From Acidobacteriaceae bacterium (GTDB lineage: Bacteria; Acidobacteriota; Terriglobia; Terriglobales; Acidobacteriaceae): DNA of 64,000 nt. The stretch spans positions 10,559 through 74,558 of the forward strand of contig PLWX01000066.1 in the NCBI GenBank assembly GCA_003151155.1, read 5' to 3'. The notes beneath the pieces were generated by a model that had not been told where the DNA came from, did no database searches, and saw only the letters and a program-made list of their open reading frames with translations. The first letter of the stretch is position 1. Every line of letters starts with the position of its first letter. Both the position numbers and the translations under genes were made by a program. Positions 39,603 through 48,691 of the stretch are shown one piece after another.

Positions 39603-39700
39603 GTCACATTATAGCGGCATGGCTATCGGGAATCAGTAAAAAACGTCGCGTAACCCGCGTTTAAACCGTTGCAAGCCGGGTTCGATGTCCTCCGAGAACC

Positions 39701-40573
39701 CTACGCAATGCGCTTCCTGCCACGTCGTTCGCCTGAAGCCGGCTTCTTCGGCGCCACGTGAATTCCCGTCTCCTTTTGCGCCTCCGCCACCCTCGATCCC
39801 GCCTTCTTGCCCTTCATCTGGGCCAGGCTTTCCTTCAACGCCGACATCAGGTCCACCACCTTTTCGGGCTTGGCAGGTTTCGCGACCGCCTCCACATCTT
39901 TGCCCTCCAGGCGCGCCTGGATCAGTTTCTTCACGTTCTCCTCGTAGGTGTCGTGGAACTTCTCCGGTTCGAACTTCCCCGCCAGCGCTTCGATCAACTG
40001 GTGCGCGATCTTCACCTCGGCTGGCTTAATCTCCGAATTCAACTTCGGTGCTTCCATCTTGCGCACTTCGTCTTCGTAATACATGGTGTGCAACATCATT
40101 CCGCTCTCATGCGGCCGCAAGAACACCGTGTACTCGCGGTTATGCATCGTCAACTTGGCGATGCCCATGTAGTCGGTTTCCTTCAGCGCCTGCACCAGCA
40201 GCGAATATGGCTTCTCGCCGCCTTCATCCGGCTGCAGGTAATACGACGACTCGAAGTACACCGGATCCACTTCGTCTGCCTTCACGAACTCCAATATCTC
40301 CATCGCCTTGGCGGTTTTTGGCTCGATCTTCTTCAACTCCTCGGGATCGATGATCACGTACTCGCCTTTGCGATACTCGTAGCCCTTCACGATCTCGTCG
40401 CGTTCCACCACCTTGTCCTCTGCGGGACAGATATATTGCTGCTTCAGCCGCACATGATCGTCACGGTGCAGCATGTTGAAGGAGATTCGCGAACCGCGCG
40501 CGCCCGAGTACAGGCGCACCGGCATGGAGATTAGTCCAAACGTCAAATACCCTGACCACACAGATGCTGCCAT
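39701..40573 (-). CDS. ku: Non-homologous end-joining protein Ku
   Basis: WSGYLTFGLISMPVRLY, IVKGYEY, YYLQPD, VVDLMSALKESL, basic tail. Confidence 0.96.
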   Translation of the reverse strand: MAASVWSGYLTFGLISMPVRLYSGARGSRISFNMLHRDDHVRLKQQYICPAEDKVVERDEIVKGYEYRKGEYVIIDPEELKKIEPKTAKAMEILEFVKADEVDPVYFESSYYLQPDEGGEKPYSLLVQALKETDYMGIAKLTMHNREYTVFLRPHESGMMLHTMYYEDEVRKMEAPKLNSEIKPAEVKIAHQLIEALAGKFEPEKFHDTYEENVKKLIQARLEGKDVEAVAKPAKPEKVVDLMSALKESLAQMKGKKAGSRVAEAQKETGIHVAPKKPASGERRGRKRIA

Positions 40574-40688
40574 AAGCACCTTTCGTTTCGTGAAGTAGAG
40601 ACCTGGGGCCTGCACCTGTTACGATGCCGAAAACAGCGAACGGGTCGCGAAGGATATCACACCGTTTGCCGGAAAGCGACAGTACGCG

Positions 40689-41447
40689 TTGCCCATTTTC
40701 GCCTTTTCATCGTCTCTTGTTGCCGTCGATCTCATCTCTGGCCGCGTAGCTCCCGCCATCGCTATCACCGCGATCTTCGCTCTCTGGGCGCGTTGGATGA
40801 AAGGTGTAACCCCCAGCGGCGCGCTCGCCGGATTCGGCGTTGCTCTCGCCATTTATCTTGGTGCCGGTCCCGGTGGATTCGCCGTCGTCTTCGGCGTTTT
40901 TCTCCTGACCGCCCTCGCCACCCGCTGGCGTCACTCCATCAAACTCCAGCACGGAAAAGACGCCGCCACCGGTCGCAACGGCTGGCAGGTGCTTGCCAAT
41001 CTCTTCGCCGCCGCCGCCGTATGCGCCGTTTGCGTCTTTTATCCCCGCGCATTTCGTTACCTCATGCCCGGCGCCGTCGCCGCCCTCGCCGAAGCTGCCG
41101 CCGACACCGTGAGCAGCGAGATCGGCGAAGGGGTTCGCGGACATACCTACCTCATCGTCGGCTTCTCTCGCGTCGATGCCGGGCTCGACGGCGGCATCAG
41201 TCTGATCGGAACTCTCTGCGGCTTTCTCGCCGCCTCCAGCGTTGGCCTGTTGGCATGGATCACCGGCCTCGTTGACATTCGCTGGGCCGTCATCGCTGCC
41301 GCCTGCGGTTTCGTAGGCATGCTCTTCGACAGCATCCTCGGCGCCACCCTCGAACGCCGCGGCTTTCTCGGCAACGACGGCGTCAATTTCCTAAGCACCG
41401 TCTTCGCCGCCGACCTCGCGCTCGTCCTCTCCTGGTGGCTGGCCTAA
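40689..41447 (+). CDS. DUF92/TMEM19 membrane protein
   Basis: RNGWQVLAN, EAAADTVSSEIG, DGGISLIGT, DSILGATLE, NDGVNFL. Confidence 0.88.
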   Translation: MPIFAFSSSLVAVDLISGRVAPAIAITAIFALWARWMKGVTPSGALAGFGVALAIYLGAGPGGFAVVFGVFLLTALATRWRHSIKLQHGKDAATGRNGWQVLANLFAAAAVCAVCVFYPRAFRYLMPGAVAALAEAAADTVSSEIGEGVRGHTYLIVGFSRVDAGLDGGISLIGTLCGFLAASSVGLLAWITGLVDIRWAVIAAACGFVGMLFDSILGATLERRGFLGNDGVNFLSTVFAADLALVLSWWLA

Positions 41448-41470
41448 CTAGCCCTTCGGTGGGCCTTTAG

Positions 41471-41566
41471 GTGGAGCGGCGCTTCAGCGCCGCGTTGTTG
41501 CTGCAAATCTTTGTGGGCCTCGGCCCCTGCGGTACGTTTTGAAAGGGGCGCGGCTTTAGCCGCTGA
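41471..41566. repeat. REP-like hairpins related to the 16.7-kb cluster
   Basis: GTGGAGCGGCGCT-TC-AGCGCCGC, GGGCC-TTC-GGCCC, GAAAGGGGCGCGGCT-TT-AGCCGC. Confidence 0.65.
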
Positions 41567-41644
41567 GGGATCTCGCTTTCATTGAACCGGACCGAGAACT
41601 GCCCCCGACCAGTTAATATAAGTCGCTCGAATCCGGAGGCCCGC

Positions 41645-43609
41645 TTGCGCCGTCTCACTTTTATCCTCCTCTTCCTCGCCGCCCCGCTCCTCGCCCAGGA
41701 GTACGACTACCTGATCCGCAACGGCCGCATCGTCGACGGCAGCGGCAACCCCTGGTTCTACGCCGATATCGGCATCGTCCAGGATCGCATCGCCTTCGTC
41801 GGCACCGCCGCGCCCGACATCAAAGCCAAGCGCACGATCGACGCCAAAGGCCTGGTCGTGGCTCCCGGCTTTATCGATATGCTCGGTCAATCCGAACTCA
41901 ACCTTCTCATCGATCCCCGTGCCGAAAGCAAACTACGCCAGGGCATCACCACCGAGATCACCGGCGAGGGCGACACCATCGCCCCACTCAACGATCGCAT
42001 TAAGAAAGACGCCGCCGACTTCACCACCCACTATCACCTCACCCTCGACTGGTTCGATCTCGAAAACTATTTTCATCGACTCGAGAAAGCCAAGCCCGGC
42101 GTGAATCTCGGCACGTACGTTGGCGCCGCGCAGGTGCGCAATTACGTCATCGGAACCGCCAATCGCGCTCCCACCGCCAAAGAGCTGAAAGACATGCAGG
42201 ACCTCGTTGAAGACGCCATGTCGCAGGGCGCCATGGGTCTCTCCAGCGCCCTCATGTACGCTCCCGGCCAATACGCCAAGACCGACGAACTGATCGCTCT
42301 CGCGCAGGCTGCGGCCAAACACGGCGGCATCTACGCCTCACACATCCGCAACGAGAGCCTCACCGAACTCGATTCCATTCGCGAGGTCGAACAGATTGCG
42401 CGCGAAGCCAACATCCCTGCTGAAATCTTTCACCTCAAAGTTGCCGGTAAAGAGAGCTGGCACACCATGCCTGCCGTCATCGCCGAGATCGAGAAAGCCC
42501 GTGCCTCCGGCCTCGACATCACCGCCGACCAATATCCCTACATCGCCTCCGCGACTTCTCTCGGGGCTACGATCCCCGCCCGCTATCACGAAGGCGGTCC
42601 CGACGCCTTCACCAAGCGTTTGCAAGATCCCGCCGTTCGCGCCGAAATCCGCGCCCTCCTCAACGGCAACGATCATTCCTTCGACAACATGTGGCTCGGC
42701 ACCGGAGGCGGCGGCAAAGGCATTCTCGTCACCTCTGTCCTCAAGCCCGAGTTGAAGAAGTTTGAAGGCAAGAATATCCAGCAGATCGCCACCAGCCAGA
42801 ACAAAGATCCGCTCGACACCCTCATGGATCTCGTCACCGCCGACCACGACAACATCGGCGCCATTTATTTCGAGATGAACGAAGACGATCTCCGCCTGGC
42901 CATGCAACAGCCCTGGGTCAGCGTCGGCACCGATTATCAAGAGGTCGCCGAAGACGGCCCTCTCAGCGAGTCGAAATCCCATCCCCGCGCCTGGGGTAGC
43001 TTCGCTCGTATTCTCGGCACCTACGTCCGCGACGAACATGTCCTGCGCCTCGAAGATGCCATTCGTAAGTTCTCATCGCTTCCCGCGCAGCGCGAGAAAC
43101 TCGACCACCGTGGTCTTCTCAAGCCCGATTACTTCGCCGACATCACCATCTTCGATCCCACCACCGTACACGACGTCTCCACCTTCGAAGATCCCAACCA
43201 TCCTTCGCTCGGCTTCAAATATGTTTTCGTGAATGGCGTGTTGTCTGTCGAAGACGACAAGCTCACTAGGCAAACCGGCGGACGTCCCCTGCGTGGCCCC
43301 GGTTGGGCTCTGAAAGATGCAATCCCGGATGGTCTTGCTCCGCGTGGCGCGATCCAGGGTATGATCACCGACGAGAACGGCTATCCCGTCTTCCGCGTGA
43401 AGGTCTCGCTGCTCGATGCCGGGGGTAAAGAGCTCGCGACCATGAATAACCAGCGCGACGGCCGCTTCGCCTTCGAACGCCCCGAGCCTTGTAAGGATTG
43501 CAGCGTCAAGATCGAACGTGCCGGATTCGCGCCGCAATCCGCAAAGACCACCTACAACGGTCTCAATGACGTCTGGGTAGGCTTTCGCCTGGAACGAAAA
43601 CAAAACTGA
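41645..43609 (+). CDS. Secreted N-acyl-D-amino-acid deacylase-family amidohydrolase with a C-terminal carboxypeptidase-regulatory-like domain
   Basis: Signal peptide, APGFID, YASHIRNE, DQYPY, HPRAWGSF; C-terminal QGMITDENG...DGRF. Confidence 0.88.
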   Translation: MRRLTFILLFLAAPLLAQEYDYLIRNGRIVDGSGNPWFYADIGIVQDRIAFVGTAAPDIKAKRTIDAKGLVVAPGFIDMLGQSELNLLIDPRAESKLRQGITTEITGEGDTIAPLNDRIKKDAADFTTHYHLTLDWFDLENYFHRLEKAKPGVNLGTYVGAAQVRNYVIGTANRAPTAKELKDMQDLVEDAMSQGAMGLSSALMYAPGQYAKTDELIALAQAAAKHGGIYASHIRNESLTELDSIREVEQIAREANIPAEIFHLKVAGKESWHTMPAVIAEIEKARASGLDITADQYPYIASATSLGATIPARYHEGGPDAFTKRLQDPAVRAEIRALLNGNDHSFDNMWLGTGGGGKGILVTSVLKPELKKFEGKNIQQIATSQNKDPLDTLMDLVTADHDNIGAIYFEMNEDDLRLAMQQPWVSVGTDYQEVAEDGPLSESKSHPRAWGSFARILGTYVRDEHVLRLEDAIRKFSSLPAQREKLDHRGLLKPDYFADITIFDPTTVHDVSTFEDPNHPSLGFKYVFVNGVLSVEDDKLTRQTGGRPLRGPGWALKDAIPDGLAPRGAIQGMITDENGYPVFRVKVSLLDAGGKELATMNNQRDGRFAFERPEPCKDCSVKIERAGFAPQSAKTTYNGLNDVWVGFRLERKQN

Positions 43610-43828
43610 TTGTCGGTGCTACGAAGCCATTCGCCATGGCCTCTTCCAGACCTTCGTGGTGGGCGCGCGCCCACGTAACCCCACCGGGGTAGCCCCAACG
43701 TAACCTTTAAAATCCGGTAACTCACTAGGTTTACCGGTAAAAAACTGGCATTCTGCTAGGAGTAACTTTGTTGACCAAACTACCCCTGCAGCATCTAAAC
43801 GTTACATGGGCTGCTCTGGACTTTTTGC

Positions 43829-44581
43829 ATGATGAAGTGGCGAACATTCACGGTCGTTTCCATCCTCGCGGTAGCGCTGCTGCTCTTCGCGAAACATCGC
43901 AGCGTCGTGCCCGAGCGTTTAGCCGTGAACAGCGTCCTCGACCTCACGCATACCACGCTCCAGATTTCTCCCAAGGATTCGCCTAACCCACTTTCCGCGA
44001 GCGTCAAGAGAGATCGCACTTCTCCGGAACTGCTCGGCACCCATATCGACGCCCCCGCAACCTACGAGCGCAGCCTCTGGACCGTCGATCAGATTCCCGC
44101 TGAGCGTTTAGTTCGCCCTCTCGCGGTTATCGATGTATCGCGCAAGTCCGCGAGGAACCCCGATTATCTTCTGACGGTTGACGACATCGCGGCATGGGAA
44201 GACGTGCACGGACACATTCCGCCCGGCGCCGTCGTTCTACTTCGCACCGGATGGGGCGATCGCTGGAATAATCCGAAGGCCTTCCGCAACGCCGACGAGC
44301 ACGGAGCGGCGCATTACCCCGGCTACTCCATTGAAGCTGCCCAATTCTTAGTCGACGCCCGTTACATCGTCGGCATCGGCACTGACGCGATGACCGTAGA
44401 CACCGGCCGCAGCAAGGACTTCCCCGTTCATCTCTACTGCTCCAGCCGCAGCGTCTACCACCTCGAAAACGTTGCTAATCTTGAAATCACTCCCGAGTCC
44501 GGCGCAACCCTGGTCGTCGCCCCCGCCAAGTACGAACACGGCTCCGGCGCCCCCACCCGGCTTCTCGCGATGTTAAAGTGA
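43829..44581 (+). CDS. Secreted cyclase (kynurenine formamidase-like) family protein
   Basis: DLTH, GTHIDAP, LLRTGW, GIGTD, HLENVANL, GSGAPTR. Confidence 0.85.
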   Translation: MMKWRTFTVVSILAVALLLFAKHRSVVPERLAVNSVLDLTHTTLQISPKDSPNPLSASVKRDRTSPELLGTHIDAPATYERSLWTVDQIPAERLVRPLAVIDVSRKSARNPDYLLTVDDIAAWEDVHGHIPPGAVVLLRTGWGDRWNNPKAFRNADEHGAAHYPGYSIEAAQFLVDARYIVGIGTDAMTVDTGRSKDFPVHLYCSSRSVYHLENVANLEITPESGATLVVAPAKYEHGSGAPTRLLAMLK

Positions 44582-44652
44582 AACTTTAACTAAACTTCCT
44601 GACCGGGCGTTTTTTAATGCCGACAGGCGGGTGTACTCGAGTGCGGCAGCCC

Positions 44653-45264
44653 CTACGTGAGGTGCAACTTCCACAGCGCGTAGCTGAAGGCTTCCCTTTG
44701 CACCGCCCAAAACCGTGCCCCCAGCGAATGTGGAATCGACCCCGGACGGGGTGATGCGTAACACTCCATCCCCTGGTCCGCCATCAAGCGCTTCACCCGA
44801 AACAGATGAAACGCATCGCTGACGGCCAGGCAGGAATGCAGCCCGTTGGTGCGCATGATCACCGCAACCCGTTCCGCGGACTCGGCCGTATCTCCGCCGT
44901 GGGTTTCTTCTATGAGCGATGCGTCCGGAACTCCGTGGGCGGCCAGGTAGTCATGGCCCACCCCGCCTTCGCTGAAGCGTGGATCTTTTCCGCTCCCGCC
45001 GGTAGTGATGATGAAGGGCGCCATGTCCTGGCGAAAAAGATCGAGCCCATGGTCAAGCCGCGCACGCAGCACAGGTGAAGGCCGGCCGTAATATTCGGCT
45101 GCCCCAAAAACAACAATAGCGTCCGTAGGACGCCGTTCATCGGTATGCGCTTGGCGAACGATAGAAATGCAGGTGTGGATATAAAAAACGAAGCAGGCCG
45201 CCAACAGTAGCAGCAGCACAACGGCCGCGATTTTGCGGCCGCGAGAAGGTGCAACCGCGCTCAT
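44653..45264 (-). CDS. YdcF/DUF218 (ElyC/SanA) family protein
   Basis: DAIVVFGAA, PSPVLRARL, TGG, VSDAFHLFR, QRE. Confidence 0.88.
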   Translation of the reverse strand: MSAVAPSRGRKIAAVVLLLLLAACFVFYIHTCISIVRQAHTDERRPTDAIVVFGAAEYYGRPSPVLRARLDHGLDLFRQDMAPFIITTGGSGKDPRFSEGGVGHDYLAAHGVPDASLIEETHGGDTAESAERVAVIMRTNGLHSCLAVSDAFHLFRVKRLMADQGMECYASPRPGSIPHSLGARFWAVQREAFSYALWKLHLT

Positions 45265-45908
45265 CCCTGGCCGAACATCTCCGCAATCTGTTCCTGCGGG
45301 ATTGCGCCCTCACGAATCAGGCGCCATTGTCCATCGCCCTGGCTGAGATCGACAATCGTCGATGCCACCTCGCGCGGCGAAGTGCCGCCGTCCACGATCA
45401 GCTGAATGCGGTCCTCGAGCTGTTGCTGCACCGCTTCCGCCGTCGTGCATTCGCTCGCGCCGCTCAGGTTCGCGGAGGTCGCAGTGATTGGCAATCCGGC
45501 GGCCTTGATCACCGCCAACGGAATCGTCGATGCCGGCACGCGTAACGCCACGTTGCCGGAGTTTGCCGTAACTTTCAACGGCAGTCGGGCGTGCGCCTTC
45601 ACGATAATCGTCAGCGGACCCGGCCAGAAGCGCCGTGCCAGCAGGTAAAACGCCGATGGCAATTCCTGCGCCAGCTCTTCCGCCTGGTCGACAGACTCGA
45701 TCATCAGTGAAAGTGGCTTATGCCGTGAACGGCTCTTGATTTCGTAAACCCGCTCCACGGCCCGCAGGTTAAACGGATCCGCCGCGAGGCCGTAGAAAGT
45801 ATCGGTAGGCATTCCCAGGACCATGCCAGACTTCAATTGGTCGGCGGCATAAGAAACCAGGGAGTGTTCCGGCTCAACGCTATTGATCTTTATGATTTCG
45901 GGTCGCAC
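45261..45908 (-). CDS. tsaC: L-threonylcarbamoyladenylate synthase (YrdC/Sua5)
   Basis: PTDTFYGL, KSR...KPL, FWPGPLT, ALRVP, TSANLSG, STIVD. Confidence 0.93.
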   Translation of the reverse strand: MRPEIIKINSVEPEHSLVSYAADQLKSGMVLGMPTDTFYGLAADPFNLRAVERVYEIKSRSRHKPLSLMIESVDQAEELAQELPSAFYLLARRFWPGPLTIIVKAHARLPLKVTANSGNVALRVPASTIPLAVIKAAGLPITATSANLSGASECTTAEAVQQQLEDRIQLIVDGGTSPREVASTIVDLSQGDGQWRLIREGAIPQEQIAEMFGQG

Positions 45909-46057
45909 CCGTATGTCCTCGATTTGTGCGGAGGTAGCGGATACAGACGGGCCTGGTGGGGTGGTTGCATCCGCGAAGTAGCAGCTTACCATGCCCAAGC
46001 CGCTGTGCGGAATCTCCACGCGTATCATGGTTCTGGGAAAACCAAATCGGATCAACT

Positions 46058-46885
46058 ATGAATGAACGTTTGCGGCCCGTAAACAGCCGCCAGAACAATG
46101 CCGTCAAGGAACTGCGCCGCGCTTTCCAATCTGGGTCTCCGACCGATGATGGCTACTCTGCCGTGGAAGGCGTGCACCTGATCGAAGAAGCGATCCGTAG
46201 CGGCCTTCGCTTCAAAACCGTATTTTTCAGCGAGTCCGCCGAGATTCGTGCCGCGAAACTGCTTCCCCAGCTCGCATCCCAGGTAGAAACTCTCTTGCTC
46301 CCCGACGACGTCTTCGAGAGCGCCGTTCTCACTGACTCCCCGCAAGGCGTAGCCGCGTTGGTGCGGCTCAAGAGTTTCAAGTTCGAAGACCTGCTGCACG
46401 CCGACAATCCGCTCTTCCTCGGCGTGGCCGGATTGCAGGATCCCGGCAACCTCGGCACCATCCTTCGCTCCGCCGAGGCCTTCGGCGCCACCGGCGTCCT
46501 CCTCGGCGAACGCACCGTCTCTCCCTGGAATCCGAAAGTAATCCGCGGCAGCTCCGGCTCCGTCTTCCGTCTGCCGGTTGCCAAGGTGGCGTGGGAAAAC
46601 GCAATTGCTCCACTCCATGAAGCCGGCGTGAAGCTCTGGGCTACTTCTTCTCACAAAGGTACTCCGCTTCAGGAAGTCGACCTCAGCGGTCCGTCCGTGG
46701 TGATCGTCGGTAGCGAAGGCGCTGGAATTCCTCGCGAACTCCTGGCGGCGGTGGATGGACTGCTCGCCATTCCGCACTCTCCGAAAGTAGAGTCGCTAAA
46801 CGCAGGCATCGCGGCATCGATCGTAATGTACGAAGCAGCACGACAACGACAACATCTAACACGGAGTCACGGAGACACGGAGTGA
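46058..46885 (+). CDS. TrmH/SpoU RNA methyltransferase
   Basis: [28 protein letters not shown]; the last 11 codons lie inside the left inverted repeat. Confidence 0.93.
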   Translation: MNERLRPVNSRQNNAVKELRRAFQSGSPTDDGYSAVEGVHLIEEAIRSGLRFKTVFFSESAEIRAAKLLPQLASQVETLLLPDDVFESAVLTDSPQGVAALVRLKSFKFEDLLHADNPLFLGVAGLQDPGNLGTILRSAEAFGATGVLLGERTVSPWNPKVIRGSSGSVFRLPVAKVAWENAIAPLHEAGVKLWATSSHKGTPLQEVDLSGPSVVIVGSEGAGIPRELLAAVDGLLAIPHSPKVESLNAGIAASIVMYEAARQRQHLTRSHGDTE

Positions 46886-47349
46886 ACCGAGTGATGCCAA
46901 TTCCAGTAGAAGATCCTCTGCAAAGCGAGACCAAGTTGCTCGAAAGTGATCTCACGAATGAGATCCTCGCTGCGGCGATCGAAGTGCATCGTGTTCTTGG
47001 CCCTGGCCTGCTTGAATCCGTTTACGAGCAATGCATGTGCCGCGAGCTCAAACTCAGGAATGTCCCGTACGAATGCCAGGTACCACTCCCGCTGATCTAC
47101 AAAGGCGACAGAGTAGAAGCTGGATTCCGCATCGATTTATTGGTATCCGACCAGGTAGTAGTCGAAATCAAAGCGGTAGAAAAGCTGCTCCCGGTTCACG
47201 ACGCGCAACTCCTAACCTACCTGAAGCTTACAAAAAGACGAGTAGGCTTGCTTATCAACTTCAACGTTCCTCTCTTAAAAGAAGGCATCCGTAGAAGGGT
47301 TCTATGAATTGCTTTTCTCCGTGCCTCGGCGACTCCGTGTTAGGTGTTG
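46850..47349. mobile_element. Candidate 500-bp element: GxxExxY gene bounded by 33-bp inverted repeats
   Basis: Left 46850-46882 CAACATCTAACACGGAGTCACGGAGACACGGAG; right 47317-47349 CTCCGTGCCTCGGCGACTCCGTGTTAGGTGTTG; 29/33 complementary. Confidence 0.7.
46891..47307 (+). CDS. GxxExxY protein (PD-(D/E)XK nuclease-like)
   Basis: [21 protein letters not shown]...[22 protein letters not shown]; start at 46882, 46891 or 46894. Confidence 0.95.
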   Translation: MMPIPVEDPLQSETKLLESDLTNEILAAAIEVHRVLGPGLLESVYEQCMCRELKLRNVPYECQVPLPLIYKGDRVEAGFRIDLLVSDQVVVEIKAVEKLLPVHDAQLLTYLKLTKRRVGLLINFNVPLLKEGIRRRVL

Positions 47350-47353
47350 ACTC

Positions 47354-48691
47354 GTGAGCCTTTTCGACACATCCCGTCCCGGTGAAATCGACCATCAGCG
47401 TCCGTTAGCCGATCGCATGCGCCCCCGCACCCTCGACGAGTTCGTTGGCCAGGAGCACATCCTCGCGCCCGGCAAGCCGCTGCGCGTGCAGATCGACCGC
47501 GACGACATCGGATCGCTCATTTTCTGGGGGCCCCCAGGCGTCGGCAAAACCACGCTGGCAAAAATCATCGCCGCACTCACCCACGCCGAGTTCATCGAGT
47601 TTTCCGCCGTTCTTGCGGGGATTAAAGAAATCAAGCAGGTCATGGCCGATGCCGAGCGCGCCCGCCAGTACGGAGCGCGCACCATTGTCTTCGTCGATGA
47701 AATTCATCGTTTCAACCGTGCACAGCAGGATGCTTTTCTGCCGCACGTCGAACGCGGCAACATTCGCCTTATCGGAGCAACCACCGAGAACCCGTCCTTC
47801 GAAGTGAACTCCGCGTTGCTTTCTCGCAGTCGCGTGTACACGCTCACCCCGTTAACCGAAGAACAGATCATTGCTCTGTTGCATAGCGCGTTAGTGGACC
47901 GCGAGCGCGGTCTCGCCGAACTTGAAGTCACGGCCGATGAACCGGCACTCGCACGCATTGCCGCCTATTCCAGCGGAGACGCTCGTTCCGGCTACAACGT
48001 GTTGGAAGTTGCAGCACAGTCCGCGGGAGCGACGGCCTCCCGCACCATCACAGAACAGATTGTTGCCGATGCCTTGCAGCGTCGTGTGTTGCGCTATGAC
48101 AAGAGCGGCGAAGAGCATTACAACCTGATTTCCGCGCTCCACAAGTCAGTGCGTAACAGTGATCCCGACGCTGCCCTGTACTGGCTGGCCCGCATGATCG
48201 AGTCCGGCGAAGACCCGCTCTACATCGCGCGGCGGGTCGTCCGCATGGCGGTGGAAGACATCGGCCTCGCCGATCCGAACGCGCTGGCTCTGACTTTGGC
48301 GGCTAAGGAAGCAATCGACTTCCTCGGCTTACCCGAAGCGAATCTTGCCCTCGCGCAAGCCGTGGTGTATCTCTCCATCGCTCCAAAATCCAACGCTCTC
48401 TATACCGCCTACGGCGACGTCCAAGCCGATGTAGAGAGCACAGCGGCAGATCCCGTTCCGCTACACCTGCGCAACGCGCCCACGAAGTTGATGAAGGAAA
48501 TCGGCTACGGTTCCGGCTACAAGTACGCGCACGATTTTGCCGACAAAACTACGGACATGCAATGCCTGCCGGATAACTTAAAAGACCGCGTTTACTATCA
48601 TCCGACCGAGCAAGGCGTCGAGAAACGAATCAAGGATCGCCTCGAAGAGATTCGTCGCCGGCGCCGCCGGACTGAGGATTCGGATCAATAG
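47354..48691 (+). CDS. rarA: Replication-associated recombination protein A
   Basis: [47 protein letters not shown]. Confidence 0.96.
   Translation: MSLFDTSRPGEIDHQRPLADRMRPRTLDEFVGQEHILAPGKPLRVQIDRDDIGSLIFWGPPGVGKTTLAKIIAALTHAEFIEFSAVLAGIKEIKQVMADAERARQYGARTIVFVDEIHRFNRAQQDAFLPHVERGNIRLIGATTENPSFEVNSALLSRSRVYTLTPLTEEQIIALLHSALVDRERGLAELEVTADEPALARIAAYSSGDARSGYNVLEVAAQSAGATASRTITEQIVADALQRRVLRYDKSGEEHYNLISALHKSVRNSDPDAALYWLARMIESGEDPLYIARRVVRMAVEDIGLADPNALALTLAAKEAIDFLGLPEANLALAQAVVYLSIAPKSNALYTAYGDVQADVESTAADPVPLHLRNAPTKLMKEIGYGSGYKYAHDFADKTTDMQCLPDNLKDRVYYHPTEQGVEKRIKDRLEEIRRRRRRTEDSDQ

Noticed and set aside
39701-40573. ku without ligD as a novel system
   Set aside because: ligD is often unlinked, and this cannot be judged from one window
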